Shown piece by piece: positions 27,001 to 41,400 of a DNA stretch of 64,000 nucleotides; positions within the stretch are counted from its first letter, which is position 1, and every line of letters starts with the position of its first letter. The translations under genes were made by a program, and so were the position numbers. The stretch comes from Eledone cirrhosa (lineage: Eukaryota). Below the pieces are notes generated by a model. The model saw only the letters and a list, made by a program, of their open reading frames with translations, ran no database searches and had not been told where the DNA came from. The stretch lies in contig OZ024744.1 in NCBI GenBank assembly GCA_964016885.1, positions 23,746,001-23,810,000 of the forward strand, in the 5' to 3' direction.

Positions 27001-30000
27001 TTAACAACAGTTGAATCTTAAGATAAAACTCGTTTTAACAACAGTTGAATCTTAAGAACTGACTCATTTTAACAACAGTTGAATCTTAAGATAAAACTCG
27101 TTTTAACAACAGTTGAATCTTAAGAACTGACTCGTTTTAACAACAGTTCAACCTTAAGAACTGACTCGTTTTAACAACAGTTGAATCTTCAAATAAAACT
27201 CGTTTTAACTACAGTTGAATCTTAAGAACTGACTCGTTTTAACAACAGTTGAATCTTAAGATAAAACTCGTTTTAACAACAGTTGAATCTTAAGAACTGA
27301 CTCATTTTAACAACAGTTGAATCTTAAGAACTGATTCGTTTTAACAACAGTTGAATCTTCAGATAAAACTCGTTTTAACTACAGTTGAATCTTAAGAACT
27401 GATTCGTTTTAACAACAGTTGAATCTTAAGATAAAACTCGTTTTAACAACAGTTGAATCTTAAGAACTGACTCATTTTAACAACAGTTGAATCTTAAGAA
27501 CTGATTCGTTTTAACAACAGTTGAAGCTTAAGATAAAACTCGTTTTAACAACAGTTGAATCTTAAGAACTGACTCGTTTTAACAACAGTTGAATCTTAAG
27601 AAATGACTCGTTTTATTAACAGTTGAATCTTAAGAACTGACTCGTTTTATCAACAGTTCAACCTTAAGAACTGACTCATCTTAGCAACAGTTGAATCTTC
27701 AAATAAAACTCGTTTTAACAACAATTGAATCTTAAGAACTGATTCGTTTTAACAACAGCTGAATCTTAAGATAGAACTCGTTTTAACAACAGTTGAATCT
27801 TAAGATAAAATTCGTTTTAACAACAGTTGAATCTTAAGAACTGACTCATTTTAACGACAGCTGAATCTTTAGATAAAACTCGTTTTAACAACAGTTGAAT
27901 CTTAAGAACTGACTCGTTTTATCAACAGTTCAACCTTAAGAACTGACTCGTTTTAACAACAGTTGAATCCTCAAATAAAACTCGTTTTAACAACAGTTGA
28001 ATCTTAAGAACTGACTCGTTTTAACAACAGTTGAATCTTAAGATAAATCGTTTTAACAACTGTTGTATCTTAAGAACTGACTCATTTTAACAACAGTTGA
28101 ATCTTAAGATAAAACTCGTTTTAACAACAGTTGAATCTTAAGAACTGACTCGTTTTAACAACAGTTCAACCTTAAGAACTGACTCGTTTTAACAACAGTT
28201 GAATCTTCAAATAAAACTCGTTTTAACTACAGTTGAATCTTAAGAACTGACTCGTTTTAACAACAGTTGAATCTTAAGATAAATCGTTTTAACAACAGTT
28301 GTATCTTAAGAACTGACTCATTTTAACAACAGTTGAATCTTAAGATTAAACTCGTTTTAACAACAGTTGAATCTTAAGAACTGACTCGTTTTAATAACAG
28401 TTGAATCTTCAAATATAACTCGTTTCAACAACAGTTGAATCTTAAGATAAACTCGTTTTAACAACAGTTGAATCTTAAGATAAACCTCGTTTTAACAACA
28501 TTTGAATCTTAAGAACTGACTCGTTTTAACAACAGCTGCATCTTAAGATAAAACTCGTTTTAACAACAGTTGAATCTTAAGAACTGACTCGTTTTATCAA
28601 CAGTTCAACCTGAAGAACTTACTCGTTTTAACAACAGTTGAATCTTCAAATAAAACTCGTTTTAACAACAGCTGAATCTTAAGATAACACTCGTTTTAAC
28701 AAAAGTTGAATCTTAAGAACTGACTCGTTTTAACAACAGTTCAACCTTAAGAACTGACTAGTTTTAACAACAGTTTAATCTTAGAATAAAATTCGTTTTA
28801 ACAACAGTTGAATCTTAAGAACTGACTCGTTTTAACAAAAGTTGAATCTTACGAACTGACTCGTTTTAACAATAGTTGTCTCTTTAGATAAATCTCGTTT
28901 TAACAACAGTTGAATTTTAAAATTGACTCGTTTTAACAACAGTTCAAACTTAAGAACTGATTCGTTTTAACAACAGTTTAATCTTAAAATAAAATTCGTT
29001 TAACAACAGTTGAATCTTAAGGACTGGCTCGTTTTAACATCACATGTATATTATGATAAAACTCGTTTTAACAACAGCTGTATCTTAAGAACTGACTCGA
29101 TATGACAACAGTTGAATGTTAAGAACTGACTCGTTTTAACAACAGTTCAATCTTAAGATAAAACTGATTATAACAACAGTTGCATCTTAAGAACTGACTT
29201 GTTTTAACAACAGTTAAATCTGAAGAACTGACTCGTTTTAACAACAGTTGAATCTGAAGATAAAACTCGTTTAACAACAGTTGAATCTTAAGAACTGACT
29301 CGTTTTAACGACAGATGAATCTTATGATAAAACTCGTTTTAACAACAATTGAATCTTAAGAACTGATTCGTTTTAACAACAGTTGAATCTTAAGATAAAA
29401 CTAGTTTTAACAACAGTTGAATCTTAAGATAAAACTAGTTTTAACAACAGTTGAATCTTAAGAACTGACTCGTTTTAACAACAGTTGAAACTTCAAATAA
29501 AACTTGTTTTAACAACAGTTGAATCTTAAGAACTGACTCATTTTAACAACAGTTCAATCTTAAGAACTGATTCGTTTTAACAACAGTTGAATCTTAAGAT
29601 AAAACTAGTTTTAATAACTGTTGAATCTTAAGATAAAACTCGTTTTAACAAGAGTTGAATCTTAAGAACTGACTCGTTTTAACAACAGTTGAATCTTAAA
29701 TAAAACTCGTTTTAACAACAGTTGAATCTTAAGAACTGACTCGTTTTAACAACAGTTGAATCTTAAGAACTGACTGGTTTTAACAACAGTTCAACCTTAA
29801 GAACTGACTAGTTTTAACAACAGTTGAATCTCAAGAACTGACTCGTTTTAATAACAGTTGAATCTTAAGATAAAACTCGTTTTAACAACAGTTGAATCTT
29901 AAGAAATGACTCGTTTTAATAACAGTTGAATCTTAAGAACTGACTCGTTTTAACAACAGTTCAACCTTAAGAACTGACTCGTTGTAACAACAGTTGAAAC

Positions 30001-30170
30001 TTCAAATAAAACTCGTTTTAACCACAGTTGAATCTTAAGAACTGAATCAATTTAACAACAGTTGAATCTTAAGAACTGACTCGTGTTAACAACAATTGAA
30101 TCTTAAGATAAAACTCGTTTTAACAAAAGTTGAATCTTAAGAACTGACTCGTTTTAACAACAGCTGAATC
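24080..30170 (+). repeat. Block duplication, offset 3,323 bp
   Basis: AAGCTT at 24201/27524 and CATCACATGT at 25715/29038 share the 3323 offset. A few private substitutions separate the copies. Boundaries approximate. Confidence 0.75.
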
Positions 30171-30329
30171 TTAAGATAAAACTAGTTTTAACAACAGTTG
30201 AATCTTAAGAACTGACTCGTTTTAACAACAGCTGAATCTTAAGATAAAACTCGTTTTAACAACAGTTGAATCTTAAGAACTGACTCATTTTAACAACAGT
30301 TGAATCTTAAGATAAAACTCGTTTTAACA

Positions 30330-33300
30330 ACAGTTGAATCTTAAGAACTGACTCGTTTTAACAACAGTTCAACCTTAAGAACTGACTCGTTTTAACAACA
30401 GTTGAATCTTCAAATAAAACTCGTTTTAACTACAGTTGAATCTTAAGAACTGACTCGTTTTAACAACAGTTGAATCTTAAGATAAAACTCGTTTTAACAA
30501 CAGTTGAATCTTAAGAACTGACTCATTTTAACAACAGTTGAATCTTAAGAACTGATTCGTTTTAACAACAGTTGAATCTTCAGATAAAACTCGTTTTAAC
30601 TACAGTTGAATCTTAAGAACTGACTCGTTTTAACAACAGTTGAATCTTAAGATAAAACTCGTTTTAACAACAGTTGAATCTTAAGAACTGACTCATTTTA
30701 ACAACAGTTGAATCTTAAGAACTGATTCGTTTTAACAACAGTTGAATCTTAAGATAAAACTCGTTTTAACAACAGTTGAATCTTAAGAACTGACTCGTTT
30801 TATCAACAGTTCAACCTGAAGAACTTACTCGTTTTAACAACAGTTGAATCTTCAAATAAAACTCGTTTTAACAACAGCTGAATCTTAAGATAACACTCGT
30901 TTTAACAAAAGTTGAATCTTAAGAACTGACTCGTTTTAACAACAGTTCAACCTTAAGAACTGACTAGTTTTAACAACAGTTTAATCTTAGAATAAAATTC
31001 GTTTTAACAACAGTTGAATCTTAAGAACTGACTCGTTTTAACAAAAGTTGAATCTTACGAACTGACTCGTTTTAACAATAGTTGTCTCTTTAGATAAATC
31101 TCGTTTTAACAACAGTTGAATTTTAAAACTGACTCGTTTTAACAACAGTTCAAACTTAAGAACTGATTCGTTTTAACAACAGTTTAATCTTAAAATAAAA
31201 TTCGTTTAACAACAGTTGAATCTTAAGGACTGGCTCGTTTTAACATCACATGTATATTATGATAAAACTGGTTTTAACAACAGATGTATCTTAAGAACTG
31301 ACTCGATATAACAACAGTTGAATGTTAAGAACTGACTCGTTTTAACAACAGTTCAATCTTAAGATAAAACTGATTATAACAACAGTTGCATCTTAAGAAC
31401 TGACTTGTTTTAACAACAGTTAAATCTGAAGAACTGACTCGATTTAACAACAGTTGAATCTTAAGATAAAACTCGTTTTAACAAGAGTTGAATCTTAAGA
31501 ACTGACTCGTTTTAACAACAGTTGAATCTTAAATAAAACTCGTTTTAACAACAGTTGAATCTTAAGAACTGACTCGTTTTAACAACAGTTGAATCTTAAG
31601 AACTGACTGGTTTTAACAACAGTTCAACCTTAAGAACTGACTAGTTTTAACAACAGTTGAATCTCAAGAACTGACTCGTTTTAATAACAGTTGAATCTTA
31701 AGATAAAACTCGTTTTAACAACAGTTGAATCTTAAGAAATGACTCGTTTTAATAACAGTTGAATCTTAAGAACTGACTCGTTTTAACAACAGTTCAACCT
31801 TAAGAACTGACTCGTTGTAACAACAGTTGAAACTTCAAATAAAACTCGTTTTAACCACAGTTGAATCTTAAGAACTGAATCAATTTAACAACAGTTGAAT
31901 CTTAAGAACTGACTCGTGTTAACAACAATTGAATCTTAAGATAAAACTCGTTTTAACAACAGTTGAATCTTAAGAACTGACTCATTTTAACAACAGTTGA
32001 ATCTTAAGAACTGATTCGTTTTAACAACAGTTGAATCTTAAGATAAAACTCGTTTTAACAACAGTTGAATCTTAAGAACTGACTCGTTTTAACAACAGTT
32101 CAACCTTAAGAACTGACTCGTTTTAACAACAGTTGAATCTTCAAATAAAACTCGTTTTAACTACAGTTGAATCTTAAGAACTGACTCGTTTTAACAACAG
32201 TTGAATCTTAAGATAAAACTCGTTTTAACAACAGTTGAATCTTAAGAACTGACTCATTTTAACAACAGTTGAATCTTAAGAACTGATTCGTTTTAACAAC
32301 AGTTGAATCTTAAGATAAAACTCGTTTTAACAACAGTTGAATCTTAAGAACTGACTCATTTTAACAACAGTTGAATCTTAAGAACTGATTCGTTTTAACA
32401 ACAGTTGAAGCTTAAGATAAAACTCGTTTTAACAACAGTTGAATCTTAAGAACTGACTCGTTTTAACAACAGTTGAATCTTAAGAAATGACTCGTTTTAT
32501 TAACAGTTGAATCTTAAGAACTGACTCGTTTTATCAACAGTTCAACCTTAAGAACTGACTCATCTTAACAACAGTTGAATCTTCAAATAAAACTCGTTTT
32601 AACAACAATTGAATCTTAAGAACTGATTCGTTTTAACAACAGCTGAATCTTAAGATAGAACTCGTTTTAACAACAGTTGAATCTTAAGATAAAATTCGTT
32701 TTAACAACAGTTGAATCTTAAGAACTGACTCATTTTAACGACAGCTGAATCTTTAGATAAAACTCGTTTTAACAACAGTTGAATCTTAAGAACTGACTCG
32801 TTTTATCAACAGTTCAACCTTAAGAACTGACTCGTTTTAACAACAGTTGAATCCTCAAATAAAACTCGTTTTAACAACAGTTGAATCTTAAGAACTGACT
32901 CGTTTTAACAACAGTTGAATCTTAAGATAAATCGTTTTAACAACTGTTGTATCTTAAGAACTGACTCATTTTAACAACAGTTGAATCTTAAGATAAAACT
33001 CGTTTTAACAACAGTTGAATCTTAAGAACTGACTCGTTTTAACAACAGTTCAACCTTAAGAACTGACTCGTTTTAACAACAGTTGAATCTTCAAATAAAA
33101 CTCGTTTTAACTACAGTTGAATCTTAAGAACTGACTCGTTTTAACAACAGTTGAATCTTAAGATAAATCGTTTTAACAACAGTTGTATCTTAAGAACTGA
33201 CTCATTTTAACAACAGTTGAATCTTAAGAACTGACTCGTTTTAACAACAGCTGCATCTTAAGATAAAACTCTCGTTTTAACAACAGTTGAATCTTAAGAA

Positions 33301-36300
33301 CTGACTCGTTTTATCAACAGTTCAACCTGAAGAACTTACTCGTTTTAACAACAGTTGAATCTTCAAATAAAACTCGTTTTAACAACAGCTGAATCTTAAG
33401 ATAACACTCGTTCTAACAAAAGTTGAATCTTAAGAACTGACTCGTTTTAACAACAGTTCAACCTTAAGAACTGACTAGTTTTAACAACAGTTTAATCTTA
33501 GAATAAAATTCGTTTTAACAACAGTTGAATCTTAAGAACTGACTCGTTTTAACAAAAGTTGAATCTTACGAACTGACTCGTTTTAACAATAGTTGTCTCT
33601 TTAGATAAATCTCGTTTTAACAACAGTTGAATTTTAAAACTGACTCGTTTTAACAACAGTTCAAACTTAAGAACTGATTCGTTTTAACAACAGTTTAATC
33701 TTAAAATAAAATTCGTTTAACAACAGTTGAATCTTAAGGACTGGCTCGTTTTAACATCACATGTATATTATGATAAAACTCGTTTTAACAACAGCTGTAT
33801 CTTAAGAACTGACTCGATATGACAACAGTTGAATGTTAAGAACTGACTCGTTTTAACAACAGTTCAATCTTAAGATAAAACTGATTATAACAACAGTTGC
33901 ATCTTAAGAACTGACTTGTTTTAACAACAGTTAAATCTGAAGAACTGACTCGTTTTAACAACAGTTGAATCTGAAGATAAAACTCGTTTAACAACAGTTG
34001 AATCTTAAGAACTGACTCGTTTTAACGACAGATGAATCTTATGATAAAACTCGTTTTAACAACAATTGAATCTTAAGAACTGATTCGTTTTAACAACAGT
34101 TGAATCTTAAGATAAAACTAGTTTTAACAACAGTTGAATCTTAAGATAAAACTAGTTTTAACAACAGTTGAATCTTAAGAACTGACTCGTTTTAACAACA
34201 GTTGAATCTTAAATAAAACTCGTTTTAACAACAGTTGAATCTTAAGAACTGACTCGTTTTAACAACAGTTGAATCTTAAGAACTGACTGGTTTTAACAAC
34301 AGTTCAACCTTAAGAACTGACTAGTTTTAACAACAGTTGAATCTCAAGAACTGACTCGTTTTAATAACAGTTGAATCTTAAGATAAAACTCGTTTTAACA
34401 ACAGTTGAATCTTAAGAAATGACTCGTTTTAATAACAGTTGAATCTTAAGAACTGACTCGTTTTAACAACAGTTCAACCTTAAGAACTGACTCGTTTTAA
34501 CAACAGTTGAATCTTCAAATAAAACTCGTTTTAACTACAGTTGAATCTTAAGAACTGACTCGTTTTAACAACAGTTGAATCTTAAGATAAAACTCGTTTT
34601 AACAACAGTTGAATCTTAAGAACTGACTCATTTTAACAACAGTTGAATCTTAAGAACTGATTCGTTTTAACAACAGTTGAATCTTCAGATAAAACTCGTT
34701 TTAACTACAGTTGAATCTTAAGAACTGACTCGTTTTAACAACAGTTGAATCTTAAGATAAAACTCGTTTTAACAACAGTTGAATCTTAAGAACTGACTCA
34801 TTTTAACAACAGTTGAATCTTAAGAACTGATTCGTTTTAACAACAGTTGAATCTTAAGATAAAACTCGTTTTAACAACAGTTGAATCTTAAGAACTGACT
34901 CGTTTTATCAACAGTTCAACCTGAAGAACTTACTCGTTTTAACAACAGTTGAATCTTCAAATAAAACTCGTTTTAACAACAGCTGAATCTTAAGATAACA
35001 CTCGTTTTAACAAAAGTTGAATCTTAAGAACTGACTCGTTTTAACAACAGTTCAACCTTAAGAACTGACTAGTTTTAACAACAGTTTAATCTTAGAATAA
35101 AATTCGTTTTAACAACAGTTGAATCTTAAGAACTGACTCGTTTTAACAAAAGTTGAATCTTACGAACTGACTCGTTTTAACAATAGTTGTCTCTTTAGAT
35201 AAATCTCGTTTTAACAACAGTTGAATTTTAAAACTGACTCGTTTTAACAACAGTTCAAACTTAAGAACTGATTCGTTTTAACAACAGTTTAATCTTAAAA
35301 TAAAATTCGTTTAACAACAGTTGAATCTTAAGGACTGGCTCGTTTTAACATCACATGTATATTATGATAAAACTGGTTTTAACAACAGATGTATCTTAAG
35401 AACTGACTCGATATAACAACAGTTGAATGTTAAGAACTGACTCGTTTTAACAACAGTTCAATCTTAAGATAAAACTGATTATAACAACAGTTGCATCTTA
35501 AGAACTGACTTGTTTTAACAACAGTTAAATCTGAAGAACTGACTCGATTTAACAACAGTTGAATCTTAAGATAAAACTCGTTTTAACAAGAGTTGAATCT
35601 TAAGAACTGACTCGTTTTAACAACAGTTGAATCTTAAATAAAACTCGTTTTAACAACAGTTGAATCTTAAGAACTGACTCGTTTTAACAACAGTTGAATC
35701 TTAAGAACTGACTGGTTTTAACAACAGTTCAACCTTAAGAACTGACTAGTTTTAACAACAGTTGAATCTCAAGAACTGACTCGTTTTAATAACAGTTGAA
35801 TCTTAAGATAAAACTCGTTTTAACAACAGTTGAATCTTAAGAAATGACTCGTTTTAATAACAGTTGAATCTTAAGAACTGACTCGTTTTAACAACAGTTC
35901 AACCTTAAGAACTGACTCGTTGTAACAACAGTTGAAACTTCAAATAAAACTCGTTTTAACCACAGTTGAATCTTAAGAACTGAATCAATTTAACAACAGT
36001 TGAATCTTAAGAACTGACTCGTGTTAACAACAATTGAATCTTAAGATAAAACTCGTTTTAACAACAGTTGAATCTTAAGAACTGACTCATTTTAACAACA
36101 GTTCAACCTTAAGAACTGACTCGTTTTAACAACAGTTGAATCTTCAAATAAAACTCGTTTTAACTACAGTTGAATCTTAAGAACTGACTCGTTTTAACAA
36201 CAGTTGAATCTTAAGATAAAACTCGTTTTAACAACAGTTGAATCTTAAGAACTGACTCATTTTAACAACAGTTGAATCTTAAGAACTGATTCGTTTTAAC

Positions 36301-38499
36301 AACAGTTGAATCTTAAGATAAAACTCGTTTTAACAACAGTTGAATCTTAAGAACTGACTCATTTTAACAACAGTTGAATCTTAAGAACTGATTCGTTTTA
36401 ACAACAGTTGAAGCTTAAGATAAAACTCGTTTTAACAACAGTTGAATCTTAAGAACTGACTCGTTTTAACAACAGTTGAATCTTAAGAAATGACTCGTTT
36501 TATTAACAGTTGAATCTTAAGAACTGACTCGTTTTATCAACAGTTCAACCTTAAGAACTGACTCATCTTAACAACAGTTGAATCTTCAAATAAAACTCGT
36601 TTTAACAACAATTGAATCTTAAGAACTGATTCGTTTTAACAACAGCTGAATCTTAAGATAGAACTCGTTTTAACAACAGTTGAATCTTAAGATAAAATTC
36701 GTTTTAACAACAGTTGAATCTTAAGAACTGACTCATTTTAACGACAGCTGAATCTTTAGATAAAACTCGTTTTAACAACAGTTGAATCTTAAGAACTGAC
36801 TCGTTTTATCAACAGTTCAACCTTAAGAACTGACTCGTTTTAACAACAGTTGAATCCTCAAATAAAACTCGTTTTAACAACAGTTGAATCTTAAGAACTG
36901 ACTCGTTTTAACAACAGTTGAATCTTAAGATAAATCGTTTTAACAACTGTTGTATCTTAAGAACTGACTCATTTTAACAACAGTTGAATCTTAAGATAAA
37001 ACTCGTTTTAACAACAGTTGAATCTTAAGAACTGACTCGTTTTAACAACAGTTCAACCTTAAGAACTGACTCGTTTTAACAACAGTTGAATCTTCAAATA
37101 AAACTCGTTTTAACTACAGTTGAATCTTAAGAACTGACTCGTTTTAACAACAGTTGAATCTTAAGATAAATCGTTTTAACAACAGTTGTATCTTAAGAAC
37201 TGACTCATTTTAACAACAGTTGAATCTTAAGAACTGACTCGTTTTAACAACAGCTGCATCTTAAGATAAAACTCTCGTTTTAACAACAGTTGAATCTTAA
37301 GAACTGACTCGTTTTATCAACAGTTCAACCTGAAGAACTTACTCGTTTTAACAACAGTTGAATCTTCAAATAAAACTCGTTTTAACAACAGCTGAATCTT
37401 AAGATAACACTCGTTCTAACAAAAGTTGAATCTTAAGAACTGACTCGTTTTAACAACAGTTCAACCTTAAGAACTGACTAGTTTTAACAACAGTTTAATC
37501 TTAGAATAAAATTCGTTTTAACAACAGTTGAATCTTAAGAACTGACTCGTTTTAACAAAAGTTGAATCTTACGAACTGACTCGTTTTAACAATAGTTGTC
37601 TCTTTAGATAAATCTCGTTTTAACAACAGTTGAATTTTAAAACTGACTCGTTTTAACAACAGTTCAAACTTAAGAACTGATTCGTTTTAACAACAGTTTA
37701 ATCTTAAAATAAAATTCGTTTAACAACAGTTGAATCTTAAGGACTGGCTCGTTTTAACATCACATGTATATTATGATAAAACTCGTTTTAACAACAGCTG
37801 TATCTTAAGAACTGACTCGATATGACAACAGTTGAATGTTAAGAACTGACTCGTTTTAACAACAGTTCAATCTTAAGATAAAACTGATTATAACAACAGT
37901 TGCATCTTAAGAACTGACTTGTTTTAACAACAGTTAAATCTGAAGAACTGACTCGTTTTAACAACAGTTGAATCTGAAGATAAAACTCGTTTAACAACAG
38001 TTGAATCTTAAGAACTGACTCGTTTTAACGACAGATGAATCTTATGATAAAACTAGTTTTAACAACAATTGAATCTTAAGAACTGATTCGTTTTAACAAC
38101 AGTTGAATCTTAAGATAAAACTAGTTTTAACAACAGTTGAATCTTAAGATAAAACTAGTTTTAACAACAGTTGAATCTTAAGAACTGACTCGTTTTAACA
38201 ACAGTTGAATCTTAAATAAAACTCGTTTTAACAACAGTTGAATCTTAAGAACTGACTCGTTTTAACAACAGTTGAATCTTAAGAACTGACTGGTTTTAAC
38301 AACAGTTCAACCTTAAGAACTGACTAGTTTTAACAACAGTTGAATCTCAAGAACTGACTCGTTTTAATAACAGTTGAATCTTAAGATAAAACTCGTTTTA
38401 ACAACAGTTGAATCTTAAGAAATGACTCGTTTTAATAACAGTTGAATCTTAAGAACTGACTCGTTTTAACAACAGTTCAACCTTAAGAACTGACTCGTT
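30330..38499 (+). repeat. Tandem duplication of ~4.1 kb with a 3-monomer (102 bp) deletion in the second copy
   Basis: Offset is 4105 for the marker at 31244/35349. It becomes 4003 for AAGCTT 32408/36411, the 2-bp insertion ACTCTCG 33268/37271 and the marker at 33755/37758. The change occurs near 36100, where three monomers are missing. Confidence 0.82.
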
Positions 38500-41400
38500 G
38501 TAACAACAGTTGAAACTTCAAATAAAACTCGTTTTAACCACAGTTGAATCTTAAGAACTGAATCAATTTAACAACAGTTGAATCTTAAGAACTGACTCGT
38601 GTTAACAACAATTGAATCTTAAGATAAAACTCGTTTTAACAAAAGTTGAATCTTAAGAACTGACTCGTTTTAACAACAGCTGAATCTTAAGATAAAACTA
38701 GTTTTAACAACAGTTGAATCTTAAGAACTGACTCGTTTTAACAACAGCTGAATCTTAAGATAAAACTCGTTTTAACAACAGTTGAATCTTAAGAACTGAC
38801 TCATTTTAACAACAGTTGAATCTTAAGATAAAACTCGTTTTAACAACAGTTGAATCTTAAGAACTGACTCGTTTTAACAACAGTTCAACCTTAAGAACTG
38901 ACTCGTTTTAACAACAGTTGAATCTTCAAATAAAACTCGTTTTAACTACAGTTGAATCTTAAGAACTGACTCGTTTTAACAACAGTTGAATCTTAAGATA
39001 AAACTCGTTTTAACAACAGTTGAATCTTAAGAACTGACTCATTTTAACAACAGTTGAATCTTAAGAACTGATTCGTTTTAACAACAGTTGAATCTTCAGA
39101 TAAAACTCGTTTTAACTACAGTTGAATCTTAAGAACTGACTCGTTTTAACAACAGTTGAATCTTAAGATAAAACTCGTTTTAACAACAGTTGAATCTTAA
39201 GAACTGACTCATTTTAACAACAGTTGAATCTTAAGAACTGATTCGTTTTAACAACAGTTGAATCTTAAGATAAAACTCGTTTTAACAACAGTTGAATCTT
39301 AAGAACTGACTCGTTTTATCAACAGTTCAACCTGAAGAACTTACTCGTTTTAACAACAGTTGAATCTTCAAATAAAACTCGTTTTAACAACAGCTGAATC
39401 TTAAGATAACACTCGTTTTAACAAAAGTTGAATCTTAAGAACTGACTCGTTTTAACAACAGTTCAACCTTAAGAACTGACTAGTTTTAACAACAGTTTAA
39501 TCTTAGAATAAAATTCGTTTTAACAACAGTTGAATCTTAAGAACTGACTCGTTTTAACAAAAGTTGAATCTTACGAACTGACTCGTTTTAACAATAGTTG
39601 TCTCTTTAGATAAATCTCGTTTTAACAACAGTTGAATTTTAAAACTGACTCGTTTTAACAACAGTTCAAACTTAAGAACTGATTCGTTTTAACAACAGTT
39701 TAATCTTAAAATAAAATTCGTTTAACAACAGTTGAATCTTAAGGACTGGCTCGTTTTAACATCACATGTATATTATGATAAAACTGGTTTTAACAACAGC
39801 TGTATCTTAAGAACTGACTCGATATAACAACAGTTGAATGTTAAGAACTGACTCGTTTTAACAACAGTTCAATCTTAAGATAAAACTGATTATAACAACA
39901 GTTGCATCTTAAGAACTGACTTGTTTTAACAACAGTTAAATCTGAAGAACTGACTCGATTTAACAACAGTTGAATCTGAAGATAAAACTCGTTTAACAAC
40001 AGTTGAATCTTAAGAACTGACTCGTTTTAACGACAGATGAATCTTATGATAAAACTCGTTTTAACAACAATTGAATCTTAAGAACTGATTCGTTTTAACA
40101 ACAGTTGAATCTTAAGGTAAAACTAGTTTTAACAACAGTTGAATCTTAAGATAAAACTAGTTTTAACAACAGTTGAATCTTAAGAACTGACTCGTTTTAA
40201 CAACAGTTGAAACTTCAAATAAAACTTGTTTTAACAACTGTTGAATCTTAAGAACTGACTCATTTTAACAACAGTTCAATCTTAAGAACTGATTCGTTTT
40301 AACAACAGTTGAATCTTAAGATAAAACTAGTTTTAATAACTGTTGAATCTTAAGATAAAACTCGTTTTAACAAGAGTTGAATCTTAAGAACTGACTCGTT
40401 TTAACAACAGTTGAATCTTAAATAAAACTCGTTTTAACAACAGTTGAATCTTAAGAACTGACTCGTTTTAACAACAGTTGAATCTTAAGAACTGACTGGT
40501 TTTAACAACAGTTCAACCTTAAGAACTGACTAGTTTTAACAACAGTTGAATCTCAAGAACTGACTCGTTTTAATAACAGTTGAATCGTAAGATAAAACTC
40601 GTTTTAACAACAGTTGAATCTTAAGAACTGACTCGTTTTAACAACAGTTGAATCTTAAGATAAATCGTTTTAACAACTGTTGTATCTTAAGAACTGACTC
40701 ATTTTAACAACAGTTGAATCTTAAGATAAAACTCGTTTTAACAACAGTTGAATCTTAAGAACTGACTCGTTTTAACAACAGTTCAACCTTAAGAACTGAC
40801 TCGTTTTAACAACAGTTGAATCTTCAAATAAAACTCGTTTTAACTACAGTTGAATCTTAAGAACTGACTCGTTTTAACAACAGTTGAATCTTAAGATAAA
40901 TCGTTTTAACAACAGTTGTATCTTAAGAACTGACTCATTTTAACAACAGTTGAATCTTAAGAACTGACTCGTTTTAACAACAGCTGCATCTTAAGATAAA
41001 ACTCGTTTTAACAACAGTTGAATCTTAAGAACTGACTCGTTTTATCAACAGTTCAACCTGAAGAACTTACTCGTTTTAACAACAGTTGAATCTTCAAATA
41101 AAACTCGTTTTAACAACAGCTGAATCTTAAGATAACACTCGTTCTAACAAAAGTTGAATCTTAAGAACTGACTCGTTTTAACAACAGTTCAACCTTAAGA
41201 ACTGACTAGTTTTAACAACAGTTTAATCTTAGAATAAAATTCGTTTTAACAACAGTTGAATCTTAAGAACTGACTCGTTTTAACAAAAGTTGAATCTTAC
41301 GAACTGACTCGTTTTAACAATAGTTGTCTCTTTAGATAAATCTCGTTTTAACAACAGTTGAATTTTAAAACTGACTCGTTTTAACAACAGTTCAAACTTA